DNA of 64,000 nt from Lingula anatina (Eukaryota; Animalia; Brachiopoda), in NCBI GenBank assembly GCA_051362555.1, contig CM120649.1, positions 10,602,001 through 10,666,000 of the forward strand. The letters run 5' to 3'. A program made the translations under genes and the position numbers. The notes beneath the pieces are model-generated. The model saw only the letters and a program-made list of their open reading frames with translations, made no database searches and had not been told where the DNA came from. This document shows positions 23,479 to 55,488 of this stretch, piece by piece. How positions within the stretch are numbered: position 1 is the first letter of the stretch; each line of letters begins with the position of its first letter.

Positions 23479-26400
23479 ATGGCGTCAGGTTTAAAATCGT
23501 CTGGCGGTTCCGGGCCAGATTCTTCGCAGAAAAACGACAAAACAAGCTTTGAGGACTGCGTCTGTCCGATATGCTTGGATATTTTGATCAGACCTATCAC
23601 TATGCCTTGCGGTCACGAATTATGCATGGTCTGTTTTCAGGAAAACGTCCAAGAAACCAGCCTGACTTGTCCGATGTGCCGTCTACGAATTTCCAGCTGG
23701 GCCCGCAAAGCGGCACGGCATAATCGGCTTGTCAACGAGAAACGATGGAGACAAATACAGAGACTGTTCCCCAAGCAAGTTGAAAAACGCCTGGAAGGGG
23801 AGGATAATGAAGATGGTAAGCGGTCACTTGTAATGGAGTGTGAAGGGGGAGGGGGGGTACGTTTATTCCTGCTTGGGCATGAATCTAGTTATTGCAATCT
23901 GTTTGTGATAATTCCGATTTAAGTCCCATACAATTAAAAGGAATTCGTAGTTAATATATAACTGATTGCAAATATGCATTAAACAGCTGTGCGTGAAAAA
24001 GATATTAATGGAACTCAGATTTATCGTACTTCCTGTTAATATGTAATTTATCCTGGATATAATAGGTATATGTTTTAACGAATTTCAAGTTAAAATTTAA
24101 AGAATTTAGAAAGCATCAAATCTTAGAATTTGGCTGAACTGATTGTAAACATGTTTACAACACCCCTGTTTATGCACCCCCCCCTCCCCCCCAATGTGCT
24201 TCCCATCTGAATCCTGTGTACATACTTATTGTTTATTAGTATTATATTTGTTATTGGAATCATTACATCTATCAGAATACACTGTTATTGAAAATAATAT
24301 TTTCAGTATTTTTGCAGAGGAGTTATTATTTCAAAACGTACATTTTAGAAGTATACTTCATTAATAAAGTTTGGTTTTAACCTGAATTGTGCAGGTGAGA
24401 ATTGGCAGAAGTCCAATTGTGTTGTTGTTATTGTTGGCACGCTCAGGCCTAAGCATGTTCAAGTTGGGGATGAGCTCCATTATCAGACCAACTTTATTTA
24501 TCTTTTTACTGTTTGCTTTATGCAAGATTTCTTTCATATTTGAAAACTGATCTAGACACGATGAAGATAAGAGCATTTATGGCCACACTTTAATTTTTAT
24601 TATTTGCTTACTAGTACAACACATTTGACTGATCCAAGAACACAGATTGAGGTGTCATGGGATTATCATATGATGACACATAACTTGCTGTGGAGAGATT
24701 TGAAAACATCTCTTTACTAGTAAAATGAATTATAGTGGTTATTTTGTTGTAGATTACCTGGCCAACACCGCCGTCCCCCTACACCTAGCCCAGCCGGGGG
24801 AGATCAGGAAGGAGTATGAGGAGGAGATGAAAAAGGTAGGTTCTGAAACAAATTGCTATATTATTATAATTTTTTAATTATTGTTGTTGTTGTAGTCACT
24901 GGTATTATTACGAAAACCAAGTACAAAAACTGTTCTTTAGATGAAAATTGTGTTCTTCTTCCTATTATTCAGTATTATGGTAATTATCTCAGCAGTGAGG
25001 GTTAAGGTTATTGAGAATTGAAACAATACATCCAGCTTTAAAATCTGCTGACCTATGCTAGAACAGGCTGACAAGATTATGTCTTGCTGGCAAATATCAA
25101 CCCTTGGTTAAAGTGGAAAAATAAAGAACTCTAGCAAGTTTATTTGATGTACTTGTGCCACATTTAGACATAGGCAATGTATTAAGTTGCCCTTTTAGGC
25201 CAGTAAAATCCATATTTTATATTATATTATATAAACAGCGCAAGCCACTGGTCCTACATTTGTGGCCACTTAAATTTTGTTTGGATCAGTAAATTTTACA
25301 GGATATGTGAACCTAGTGATCCCACATTGCCATTAGATTTTTTTCATGTTAGCTTTCAACTTCATTTTGTCTTTTCTTAAAAATTACTGTTACATGATGA
25401 TTTAAAATAAAAATAGGCATCTTGTTATTATTAATATTAATGCAATTGTCAAAAATGTCCAATCTTATTGAAAATTTTATGTGGACCAGTGAATCCTGAT
25501 TTTGACCAGTAGGTTTTAGGAAAGTGGTGGTCCGAATGGCCAGTGAGCTGAATAGTTTATGGCACAGACTGAATTATTATTGGCATGGATGGAAAACTGG
25601 ACCAAAGTGTATATCTGGCACTGTAACTTCAATGGTATTTTGTGTTTCAGCTTGAAGCAGAGCGTGTCCGCGCAGCAGAGGAAGAAGAACAGGCCAGCCA
25701 GTCCATTATCCAGAAGATATTAGAGGAGGAGAAGAGACAGGCAGAGGAGAGGAAGAGGGAGAGAGAAAGGCTGGCAAGTCACGATGAAGAGCTGGCCAAA
25801 CAGCTCAGTGAAAAAATTCAACATGTATGATATTACTTTATTACTAAGTTTGATTATTAGGTATAATTTTTTAAAATTTGTTAGTGTTTATAAATTTTTC
25901 TCACTTATTAATTTTTTCATCAATTTACTTGATATGTATTAGCAGCTTTGAAATTATTTTCAACATTCGTTGATCTTTATTAACAAATTGAAAAAGATGA
26001 TAATAATTGAATCTTTAGGAAAAGTCTTTATGTCTTTCTTTGTAAATAAGTTAATAATTTAAATTTATTATCTTCCAGGAACAGTTGGACACCCCACAAG
26101 TCAACAGCCTCCTTCGTCACATCTCTGGCAGTCGTCAGTCAACACGCAGCCACTCTTCCAACTCATCCAGGTCTGGGACACCCAAAAATGCATCCAAAAG
26201 CTCCCAAAAACACAACAAGAACTCTTCACACACCCTTGACAGGTTTTTAACGAAGGGAAGTAATAAAAGCAGTGGAGATGACAGCAAAAATAAAGACAAA
26301 TCCTCGAATGTGGACGCCTATCCATACGCATGCATCAATCCTGAGGACAAGCCAGGGGAGAGATTACTTACAGCAGGTGATCTGCATCTCAACCTGGACA

Positions 26401-27825
26401 CCTGTTTCTCTCTCCCTCGGCCAGCATCTGGCCTCAGTAACAGCAGCACTGACTCTATATTGACTTTGAGCACGGCCAGTGGGGTAGGGTCAGTGGCTGG
26501 ACAGGGGACTCCCAGAGGGACAGCTGGACACGGGGCCCCACCACGGAGGATTAAGACTGACCAGGAGGCCTCTAAGGGGATGTCAGTTGGAAAGTCCCCA
26601 AGAGGAATGGGCCTTGAGGAAGGTCTCCCCAAAAGTGGCCTCCTGGAGAATTCTGTCCCCGAGGGTACTGGACTGGGGGACAGTATCAGGATTGTCAAAG
26701 TTGTTGTGAAGCCAGAAATGAGAAAGAAGATGGATGCAGCACAGAAAGGCTTTAAGAGCTCCACAGGTTTAAAGAAACATGGTGAAGGTATTAGATTTGT
26801 CTGAAAGAATAGAAAACTGAAATGGTCTGTTAAACTAAATAGAAAGAGAGGAGTACTAGTATGGTATTATTATAGGAAAGAGTACTTCATAGTTTTGTCT
26901 ATTATTTTTGCCTCTTAGTTTAACACACTTATATCTGACAGGTTGGTTGTGGAAGTGATAAGTAATCTATAGGATTGAAACTCTTAATAATAATATAATA
27001 TAATATAATATATGTATTTTAAGTCTAAATTCTCTATACATATGTTCAGTAGCCTTAATAATTATGTGCATTACATATATAACAAACACCTGGTCAGTAC
27101 AATCTGTGTTGACAATCTTACCTTACCTTGAACACGCAGATACAATTTTTCAGCCAAGTACAAGGCTGCTCTTAGATGCTTAGTGCAGGATTTTATCTTT
27201 GATTATATAATTTAGATGGTGCCCACACTGAAGTTACTGAAAGTTGTTCTTTTATTCCACTGCCACAGCAGATCCAGGTCAAGGCGGCAGTCACCCAGGA
27301 CGTTCCATGAGTGAATCTGATGAACTGCTGAGGGAGATGGCCAGGGCTTCTTCAGGAGAAGAAGGAAGCAAAGGGGTATGCATATTTATCTAGCTTATTT
27401 CTAAACATTAAAGTTATACACGATTTTGTCACTTCTTTTTCTTTTACATTGTGTAAAGCTCACACAATTGATGGTCACCTCAGTTAAATTTGTGAATTTA
27501 CAGTGTCACTGTCCAGTAGTGGAATGCAGGACGCAGATGAGTAATAACTAGTTATGAATGAAGAGGTGAAAGTCTTGTGTGTATAAAGTCTCATATTCAA
27601 GAATAAAACTGGCTTAAAGTGTATATGAATGAAAAAATTTCATGAGTTGTCAGCCACAACAAAGTAGTTCGGTGTTTGTGACATATATTTCACTATGTTA
27701 ACCCATATGTAGGTCAGGTAGCTATTGCATTATTAACCCATATTTAAAAAAAAAAAAGAAAAACGAAGGGGAAGGTGTTTAATAACACACATACACACAC
27801 ACACACACATACACACACACACACA

Positions 27826-27862
<37 letters not shown>

Positions 27863-30800
27863 ACCTGAGTACATACTGTGGGACTGTAGTTGTTATGTGA
27901 AGTAATTATGTAAAGAATCTTGTCCTGGTTTACCTTATGATACTAACATACTTGTTGATTATCTTCAGGCCAAACGCAGTGCCAGTGCCCAGAGTGAAGA
28001 CAGTATAAGCCATGAACTTACCCACTTCAAACCCATCCATGGGTATCCACGCACCCCACCCAGGAGATTACCTGGTGGAAAGGTAATTTGATTTACAAAA
28101 TAAAGGTGATCTGGTCCAAAAAATGGGACCCACATCTAACTCATCCACGCACCCCACCTAGGAGTTGAGAGCAAAGATTAAAAGGATATCTCTTCTAATT
28201 TTAATCCCTATTTAGTTTTACAGCAATTATATTAGTACTAGAGTTAATCGAGATTTGAGTTAACTTCAGATTATGACTATCCCATTGATACTACTAGGTG
28301 AATGATGTTTTCATGTTTCAGGTGATAGAACCATCTGTGATAGTTTGCTCCCCACGTAATCTGAGTCGTGCTGGCAGTATGGGTTCACCCACTGAGAATG
28401 GAGATCAGAGTATTATGGACCCCACTAGTCCCATAGTGAAGAAAAGACTACAGAGACTGGCAGAGGAGAGACAAGCACAGGTCTGTAGAAGTCTAAGATT
28501 ACCTGTAGTTTGATGTGATGTAAGGGAGTTTTTGTAACTTGTTCATCAGATAGTAATATGCCCCATTAGTCCTAGTGTATGAATGCAAATACATTTAGCA
28601 AGCTGACAGTTTTAAAGAAAGATCTGAAAGAATGACGATTTCAACAGTAGTACAATAGATTTTACATTTTACTGTTAACATAAAATTCACCTTTTACAGC
28701 TTTTTATTCATGTCTTAATATTTTATATCATTAACATTTATTGGTTTTAGACTGTTATTTAATCTGAAATCTGTTATTAAAGGACTTGAATTCTTTTAAA
28801 ACTTAATGTTAACAGCACTAAAAGGCATGTCATTGTATATTGCAGTTTTAAATAAATGAATAGATATTATTTTTGTTATTATACAAGCAGAGGTAATACT
28901 GTATGGTTTGGTCAGAGAAATAACAATCATGATATTTTATTATTCAGGTGCAAGCTTTGTCCAAAGCCACTTCCACAGAGATATCAAGTTCTAGGATAAA
29001 TAAGGAGCACAGTTACTCCAGCCCGACCAAGATGATAGACCACAGGCACAGGAAGTGGCGACACCAGAGAGAAACTTCCTCTGAAACTGTTAACATGGCG
29101 AAGGCAGAGCCTGCTGTAGAGGGAAGTGCTGTGACTACAGTAGCCACTGTTGCTACTACAACCCTCAGGGCTCTGTGTTCTAAAAGAGATGCTCCATGTG
29201 CAGCATCCAGTTCATCTGCAGCTGCCACGACACTTGCTGCAAGTGGTGATGGGAAGGGTGAGCTCCAGACAGCAGTCAGAGCCATCAACTTTGACCTGTC
29301 TCAACAAGAGAGTTTGGTACATGGTGACAACACACTTATTGACTTAACAACCAGTAACTCTGGGTCTCGAACTCTTTTACCACTTGTGACAAATTTCGAT
29401 GTCCTCCATGACCAGGATAATTTCATAGTACCACATGGCCTGGGAGAAAGTGGGTCAATTCTAGGCATTGCTAATGACTCAGTGGTGGAAGCTCAGGAGA
29501 CTGTGTCCCAAAGGGACTCCTTGACAAATGTTGACAGTAAAAGGGCATTACATAAGCAGTTAGGTGGTCAAAATAAAGATAAAAACAATGAGCACAGTTT
29601 GTTGAAACAGGACTCGTCTTCTATGGATAAAAATCACAATTTCTCAGTACCTCAGAAAGGTTTACAGATGGCCAGCAGTACCCTAAGGCCTGTCTGCCCT
29701 GGCAGCCCAGTAGCAGCTCAGTTAGCAGGAAAACACAGACTGGAGAAGTTCCGTGGCGATGGTGCTATTCAACAAAAGAAATCCCCACAAGGTGGAAGCA
29801 GTAGTAGTTCCACCTTGGTCAAATTAAGCCCAGGCAAAGTGTACCGGATGAATAGAAGTTTAGCGAATAAAAAACTTGAGAAGGCAAGGGACTTGAAGTT
29901 AGGAGAAATAAACGATGAACCAGTATCTCTCACCAGAAGACCCCTTCATACCGAGGAAGAGGATGCTTTATCAAGTAAAAACCCCCAGACAGAAATGAAA
30001 ATCAAATCTCTTAGTGATCAGAAAGCATCTTTACTGGCAGCCAGCGGAACTGAATCCAGCAACGGAACTAAGATTCCCAAAGTGGTCACCACTCCGCTGA
30101 CGCCAAGGAAGATTGCCCAGAGACAGAGGGCACTGGCTATGAAGCAGGATGCTGATCATGTAACTGGGGTGGCAGTAGTGAGGAAGAGAGTCTTTGGTTC
30201 TAATGAGGAGGAGGAGGAGGAGGAGGAGGATGAACGTCACAGTTTGAGATCTACAACAGAGAAGAAAGCTTCCCATGAAAGAAGGCACCAAATTAAAATA
30301 TCTTCTGAACTGTCTGGTGGTGGTGAAGACAGTGGTGCCAATGATGGTGTTTTGTCACATGTTAGCCTAGCTGAGACTAGTCTCTTAGACAGTGGACAAA
30401 CAAAATGTGAATCTTCCTCACATAAGGAATTGAGATCTACACACCAAAGTCACAGGGATGTTACATCAGAATATGTATCACAGGTGACCAAGAATGACAG
30501 CAATAAAAGAAAGACTAGTGCCAAAGAGGGATCTGCTGTCAGAAGTCCTAACAAACAAAATGAAAGTACACCGCACAAGAAAAGTTGTAGAGATAGAGAC
30601 AAGGCAACTGCTGAAGAGGCATCTCCAAAAAGCAAAGCATCTAGCTCCAGTAGCAGGAAAACCTCGAGTCGAAAGAGACCAGCTGCACGTGAAGTGACAC
30701 CAAGCAAGAAAACTTCTGAAACATCCCCTAATAAAATTGGTCAGTGTGATAGAAATCTAAGGTGCAAACCACAGAGTGACAGAAAAGTATCCATGAGATT

Positions 30801-32283
30801 ACAAACACAGGAGACAACACCAACAAAACCAGATGCATCTGATGTCAGTAAGCCTGTAGCAGCTGATGTACCTCCATTTAGAAATTTAAGGAAGCGAGGC
30901 AAATTCCTGTCAGACAATTTCAGTGAATCAGAGGCAGATCATGTAGAGGATGAAGAGGATCAACATATAGCTGCTCCAAATATGCGGAGCCTGCGTTCCA
31001 GGAATGTTGACTCTACTCCAAGTAAAACCGATGCAGCTTCAACTCATTCAGACACAGAAAATGGTGAAGACCATCCCCTCGGACCACCTAGCATGAGGTC
31101 AGCTAGGTCCAGACAGCAGGAGGTAACTCCAGGGAGATCCAAAATAACATCTAGGACAAAAACCAGTGCTGAGATGTCACCAAGCAAACTGAAGAGAACC
31201 ACACTGGGGTCAGAGTCAACAAGTACAGGAAAAGGAGACACTGTTTTTCAGAGTAAAACGGACACCAATAGCAGAATCGAGAGATCTGATGCCGAAAAAA
31301 CTCCCAAGTCCAAGACTGTGTCTCAAAGAGGGAAAAGTGATAGTATAAAGCCATTTAGCAGTCAGTCCAAAATGAGGTCACGAGGTGGAGAGGTTACTCC
31401 TAGTAAACGGGAAGGCAGTCCACTTAAAGATGAAGCAAAACTTTCTTTTGCGAAAAGACTTCGAAAAAGCAGCTCTGTGGAAGTTACAAACCCCAAGGAT
31501 GCTTTTTCTGGACGAACATTAAAACACAACACAAAAACAGATTCTGAGTCCGACTATCATTCCTCTACGGATTCTGAGATTTCATTTCCAAAATCTGCCA
31601 GTAAAAAAAATTCATCTCATTCAAACAAAAGGAAAGAAACTATGAAAAGAAAGGGTAAGCAGTCGGATTCAACGCAGTCAAAGTTGATGTTTATTAGCGA
31701 GCAAGTTGAAACCAGCACGGACGATGATTTTGTGACACCAAACAAGAAAAGAAAATTGGTGTTTGGTTTAACAAAGGGTACTGAGGTCGCCTCGAAAAGA
31801 TTAACCAGTCAAACAAAGAGAAATAGACGGGTACAAAAGAACAGGGCTTTACGAAGCGTAGACAAAGATAATCCACATGAAAGCAGTTCGTCTACACCAA
31901 TTCAGCCGTACACTCAGAAACTTCGCCACGGTTCCAATGCAGTCAACTCGAAGAGTAAACTTACTTCACATTCCGAAAGTCAGCAGTGGGGGATGAAGGG
32001 CAAAGGTGAGGAGGGAATGCTCATTGAGGAAGACGAGTACGAGAGTGACGAGGTAGGGACTGCTACCACAGTCGAAGATGACGACTTCACCTTCGCGCTG
32101 AAGCTCCAGAAGCAGTTTGAATACGAGGCCAGGCTGAATACGACTTTTCACCGATCACATGGATCAGGGGATGAGTATAAGTTTAGAGAGCGACGGAAGG
32201 GCTCCACGCCCGTGTTTAGCCCCGTCTCCACTCACACGCGTTCCAATGACCGCAAAAGTAGGGTTAGGAAGAAACCAGTGTAG
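23479..32283 (+). CDS. RNF168: RING E3 ubiquitin ligase of the RNF168/RNF169 family, ~1672 aa, 8 exons
   Basis: Exons 23479-23815, 24753-24835, 25651-25824, 26079-26787, 27269-27375, 27969-28082, 28322-28480 and 28948-32283, all GT-AG and phase-consistent. C3HC4 RING (CPICLDIL..CGHELC..C..CPMCRLRISSWAR); QPGEIRKEYEEE (LRM1); UMI/MIU1 (DEELAKQLS); C-terminal MIU2-LRM2 (DFTFALKLQKQF..RSHGSGDEYKFR). Confidence 0.9.
27784..27857. repeat. (CA)n-(TC)n compound microsatellite
   Basis: Direct reading. Confidence 0.9.
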
Positions 32284-33333
32284 TTACAGAATGCACGATT
32301 TTCTTTCCATTAAACAGTGAAGGAGGATATAGATACCTGACAGTGCAGGTGTGGTAAAAATAGCAGAACTGACATTACGTGTAGCGCTTTTAAAACGGAC
32401 GAAACCATGTATACATATCTATAGGGAAGCAGAATGTTTTCTCTCCCCAGACAATATTAGCTATTGTTTGAGATAGAATTTTGATGGTATAGGAGCACAC
32501 GTTATGAAAGTGTGAACTGTGGTCAGTTGTAATTATGAGATTTTAAAAGTTTTATGTGGTCGGCAGATATTATTTTTTGTATTATTTTTTCCCTGAATCT
32601 ATTTTTATATACATTAACAAGCGTTCTGAATGAAAGAAGTCTTTTTTTTCGAAATAATATTCAGTTCAGGAATTATAGGGGTTGGCCTTTTGAATGGTAG
32701 AATGTAAAAAAAGTTGCACTGTTCGATAGTTAACAGATTTCATTACGTGATTTAAAGATCTGATGAACAGTAGCAGTTACAGGGACGGTCCTCAAGGCCC
32801 CATGAGGCCAGTGCTGTGCATTGGAAGTGACGGGTCTTTTCAATGTGTTGAAATTACTGCTCATTTGTGATTGTTTATCTTGTTGAAACACTATTGCAAG
32901 ATTGACTCCGATATTTCTGTGTGCATATGGACTAATAACAATCCTTGGACAAAAAAAAAACCTGTGCGTGCTCTCCCTCCCCTTTTTTGAAGGATATTTA
33001 AGACTGGTATATTTTCCTGTATAGCTTTTGTTAAGGTAGTCCAATACACAGACCTTTACCCATGGTTAATGACTTTATTTCGTTGTATATTTTTGCACAC
33101 CACTGTGAGCTTCCTTTGTACATGCAAATGTATTTGATAATTGATACAATGACAATATGTTAATTGATGTTTGAATTATGGGATAAATCCAATATGAAAA
33201 GAAAAACGGTTGAGAACAAATTTATATCTTGTTTGTTGTTCGGATGAACGTTAACGACTACACAATATCCGAACAATGATCGCCCTCGGAGAAACGCGAA
33301 AAAGTTTCATCAAGCCTCATAAAAATAGTTTAA

Positions 33334-33616
33334 AGGGACGACAATTCTTCATTTAGCGGGAAAAGTGCCATAAAACGAATTTTCCCACACTTGCCAATGG
33401 CTAATGAATCCATCCTAACATTCGAAGCTACGGCTTTTTAAAGAATTTTTTTGTAATAAACTCTTAAGAGATTATTACGGAGGGTAGCCATCACTGGCGG
33501 TTCGTTTTGTTGCGATACCCAGATTTACGGTTAACCGCCATTTTGGTAAAATGCAATTCATTACATTTTTGTTTGATTTATTGTGGAATTTTGAATCTAT
33601 GAAGATTTGTCAGCCC
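33334..33616. mobile_element. TTAA-flanked MITE downstream of the RNF168/169 stop (possibly within its 3' UTR)
   Basis: TTAAAGGGACGACAATTCTTCAT ... ATGAAGATTTGTCAGCCCTTAA, an imperfect inverted repeat. Confidence 0.6.
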
Positions 33617-35226
33617 TTAAATGATTTTCTCTCCTCGTGAGAATATGGCCGTAAGCTCAGTAATATTTTTCTGTAATTGGTATTGATTGTTATATTTGTA
33701 CCCATTATAAATTGTAATAACTAAGTGGTGTACAGCAAACGGGTAATATTTGAGGTTTCGTTTTATTGCACATTAAGGGATCTGTAAAGATCTAGTGACC
33801 GACTTTCATGTTGGCCAAAGTCAAATTTTATTGTTACAAGCGGATGACTTGCACATCACTCTGTCAGATGCACCATGTTATTTTTTGAATGAAGTGTGTT
33901 TATGTTAAAGGGTAGGAAAGGAAAGGTTAACACTTGATCTCATGTTGATTGTTAAATTTGTACGTCTGCATTGATTCTTGTTGCATTGATACATTGCTAG
34001 TCAGTAGAGTTGTAAGTTAGTAGGAAGGTGCGAGGTTATGCCAGCTTGTGATGGATTTTTTCAGTCGTTTTTCTGCTGTATTTTGGAATCACACATTTAT
34101 AATTCAGTATGTTTAATTTTATAGTTGAGAATAATGTTAGATGTCAGCGTAGAATTTGCGAAATGGAATGCTCGTCGTTATATTGTAATAAGGTGCTTTT
34201 TTTAAAAAAAAGTATGAGATTGACGACAGCTTGCGGGTAGTGTGTCGTAAACCATTTGCACGGCGAGATGCAGAAAGTTGGTTTTGGAAGTAATAATTTA
34301 TATGTTAGGCATTAGTCTACAAGTAACAATTCTTGTGCACTTCTCAATAAACCAATAGTGATGGGGCTTTTTTAAATGGGTATTTTAATATATTTATCTA
34401 TAATGGAAAATGCCTTTCAAATGTTTTTGTTTAATTCTTTTCAACTTTTTATTTACTAAAAAAATAAAGTGAACACATTTTCAGTGTAATTTCTTTAAGA
34501 CCATTGCGTATTGAATTATTTATTAAGTGCTTGTGACAAAATACAAACGCTAAGAATGTTATGGTATAGCGAAAAGAAAAACAGTTCCGACTCTGCGGAA
34601 AGCTGGGCACAAAATCTGTATGTCCTCTGAACCAATACATTAACGCACGTGTTCCAAAGGTGCGATCCAATGAACTTTTCTTCTAGGTATTAAGAACAGT
34701 TTAGATAGGACCAACATTCGTACTTGCGGAGTTGTTTTGTACGTTGTGTTAACGACCATGGTGCCACATTTAAAATATACTTCCTGTTTAAAATACTTAT
34801 TCAAATGTTTGTAAATAGACAAGTTCACTGAGGCGAATGAGCAATACTCGCATATTACTGGTCAGAACTACAAACAAGAAACAACAGTCTATACATTTGC
34901 AATTAATTTAATGGCATATTAATATTTAATGGAATGCGACACATACGAATGGATATTATTATTATTTTGTCGGTAGAGTGCAAACTGAATAGAAGCTTAC
35001 TGATTAACGTGATTGTGCGAGAAGCAATACGCTTTTCCCCCTAAAATTCTGAAATTCATTAAAATTTCTGTTAAAAAAATGATAAAACATTTAGAGTATA
35101 TACATAATTTTTTGTGCAAAAATACATCAATAAGTAGACTGCGCTTGAAATGCGGGTTTTTCCGTTTCTTAAAAAAGTTTATTTTTGTAGAGCGTTATTC
35201 ACATCACTATATTATGCTTATTTGTT

Positions 35227-54226
<19,000 letters not shown>

Positions 54227-55451
54227 CTTGGAATTATGTGTCTCCGTTGTTCAAAGCCGTCAGACAGGGAAATTTTGCAGTGTGTGTACAAGCACGTCTT
54301 TTCTGTGTCACACAGAACTCCTGGCAAATGGAGATCTACGGTAATACAGAAAACTTGTAAATACCTCTGCACGACGGCAATAAAGCCTTTCAAAGTTCAA
54401 TCTACCTGCTATTACGGCGTATAAGAAGTTTGACCTAAATCATGTCAAGTACAACTATCTGATACACACCTCTGTAGCACACCCACAAGTCCTAACATAT
54501 ACGGTACGTCATTTGTCAACACGACGTTTACCTGAGATACTCCATCTACTGAGTCACAAGACCCCATACTGACATCTGAGGTCAGACTGTGTATCTCAAC
54601 CAGTTGCTAGGCTTATAGCTTCAAATTCTAAAGAATAAAATATAAGGGTGGCCTAAAGTCTTTTTCACTGACACAAAGACATATATTACGCATCACCATA
54701 CAACGCAAAGCACGTTAACAACCATGCTCAACCGGAACTGAATAAAAAGTAACGATAATTAATAATACGTGTAGGAAGAATGGAGACAGAGCTCCCCAAT
54801 ACAATTACAGACCGGTATTTGTTACCCGTGTCAAGATTATGTTCAACATAAATTAATGATAAATATATTTTGTCTAGAGATAAATTTTTCTATTAACCAA
54901 TTCTGCTCATCTTCAGTGGGTGGGTGGGCGGGGGTGGCCTTTCCTAAGCTCCGTTGCAAATGTTATTAGTAAATGTTAAAACCTCTTTGTGACTTTGGAC
55001 ATCGAATAACTTCGAAATGTACCCGGTATATATACTATATACATTTGCACAATCATCTAACTAAAATAAAATATGTAACTTTAATAAATGTACATGTAGT
55101 AGCAATACTTTAAAAAATAACTTTCCAATGCCAAATACTAGTACATATGCATGAAAACAAACTGCCTTTGATGGACTACAGCGAGCGTCTTTCTTTAGAA
55201 CTGTTTTGTTTCAATAAGAGCCTTCTCTTCCCCTTCAGCACCCACCTTTAACAATACACAACATGCACTGGTATATGCTGTTGACTGAGACACCTCCCTG
55301 AAGGCAACCGGGTCTATCAGTGCATACGTGATACAAAATTCTAACAACTCAAGGACGGCTGCGTTAAATTTGTGTGTTTGACCCATTTCTGTTGTTTACT
55401 CCCCTGTCTCACCTGCCAAAAAGTTTGATACGCATTGGCAAGAACGGAGGG

Positions 55452-55453
<2 letters not shown>

Positions 55454-55486
<33 letters not shown>
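55454..55486. repeat. (GT)n microsatellite
   Basis: Direct reading. Confidence 0.9.

Positions 55487-55488
<2 letters not shown>

Noticed and set aside
27266-27271. CAGCAG tandem acceptor
   Set aside because: Common NAGNAG giving a one-residue difference in a disordered region.
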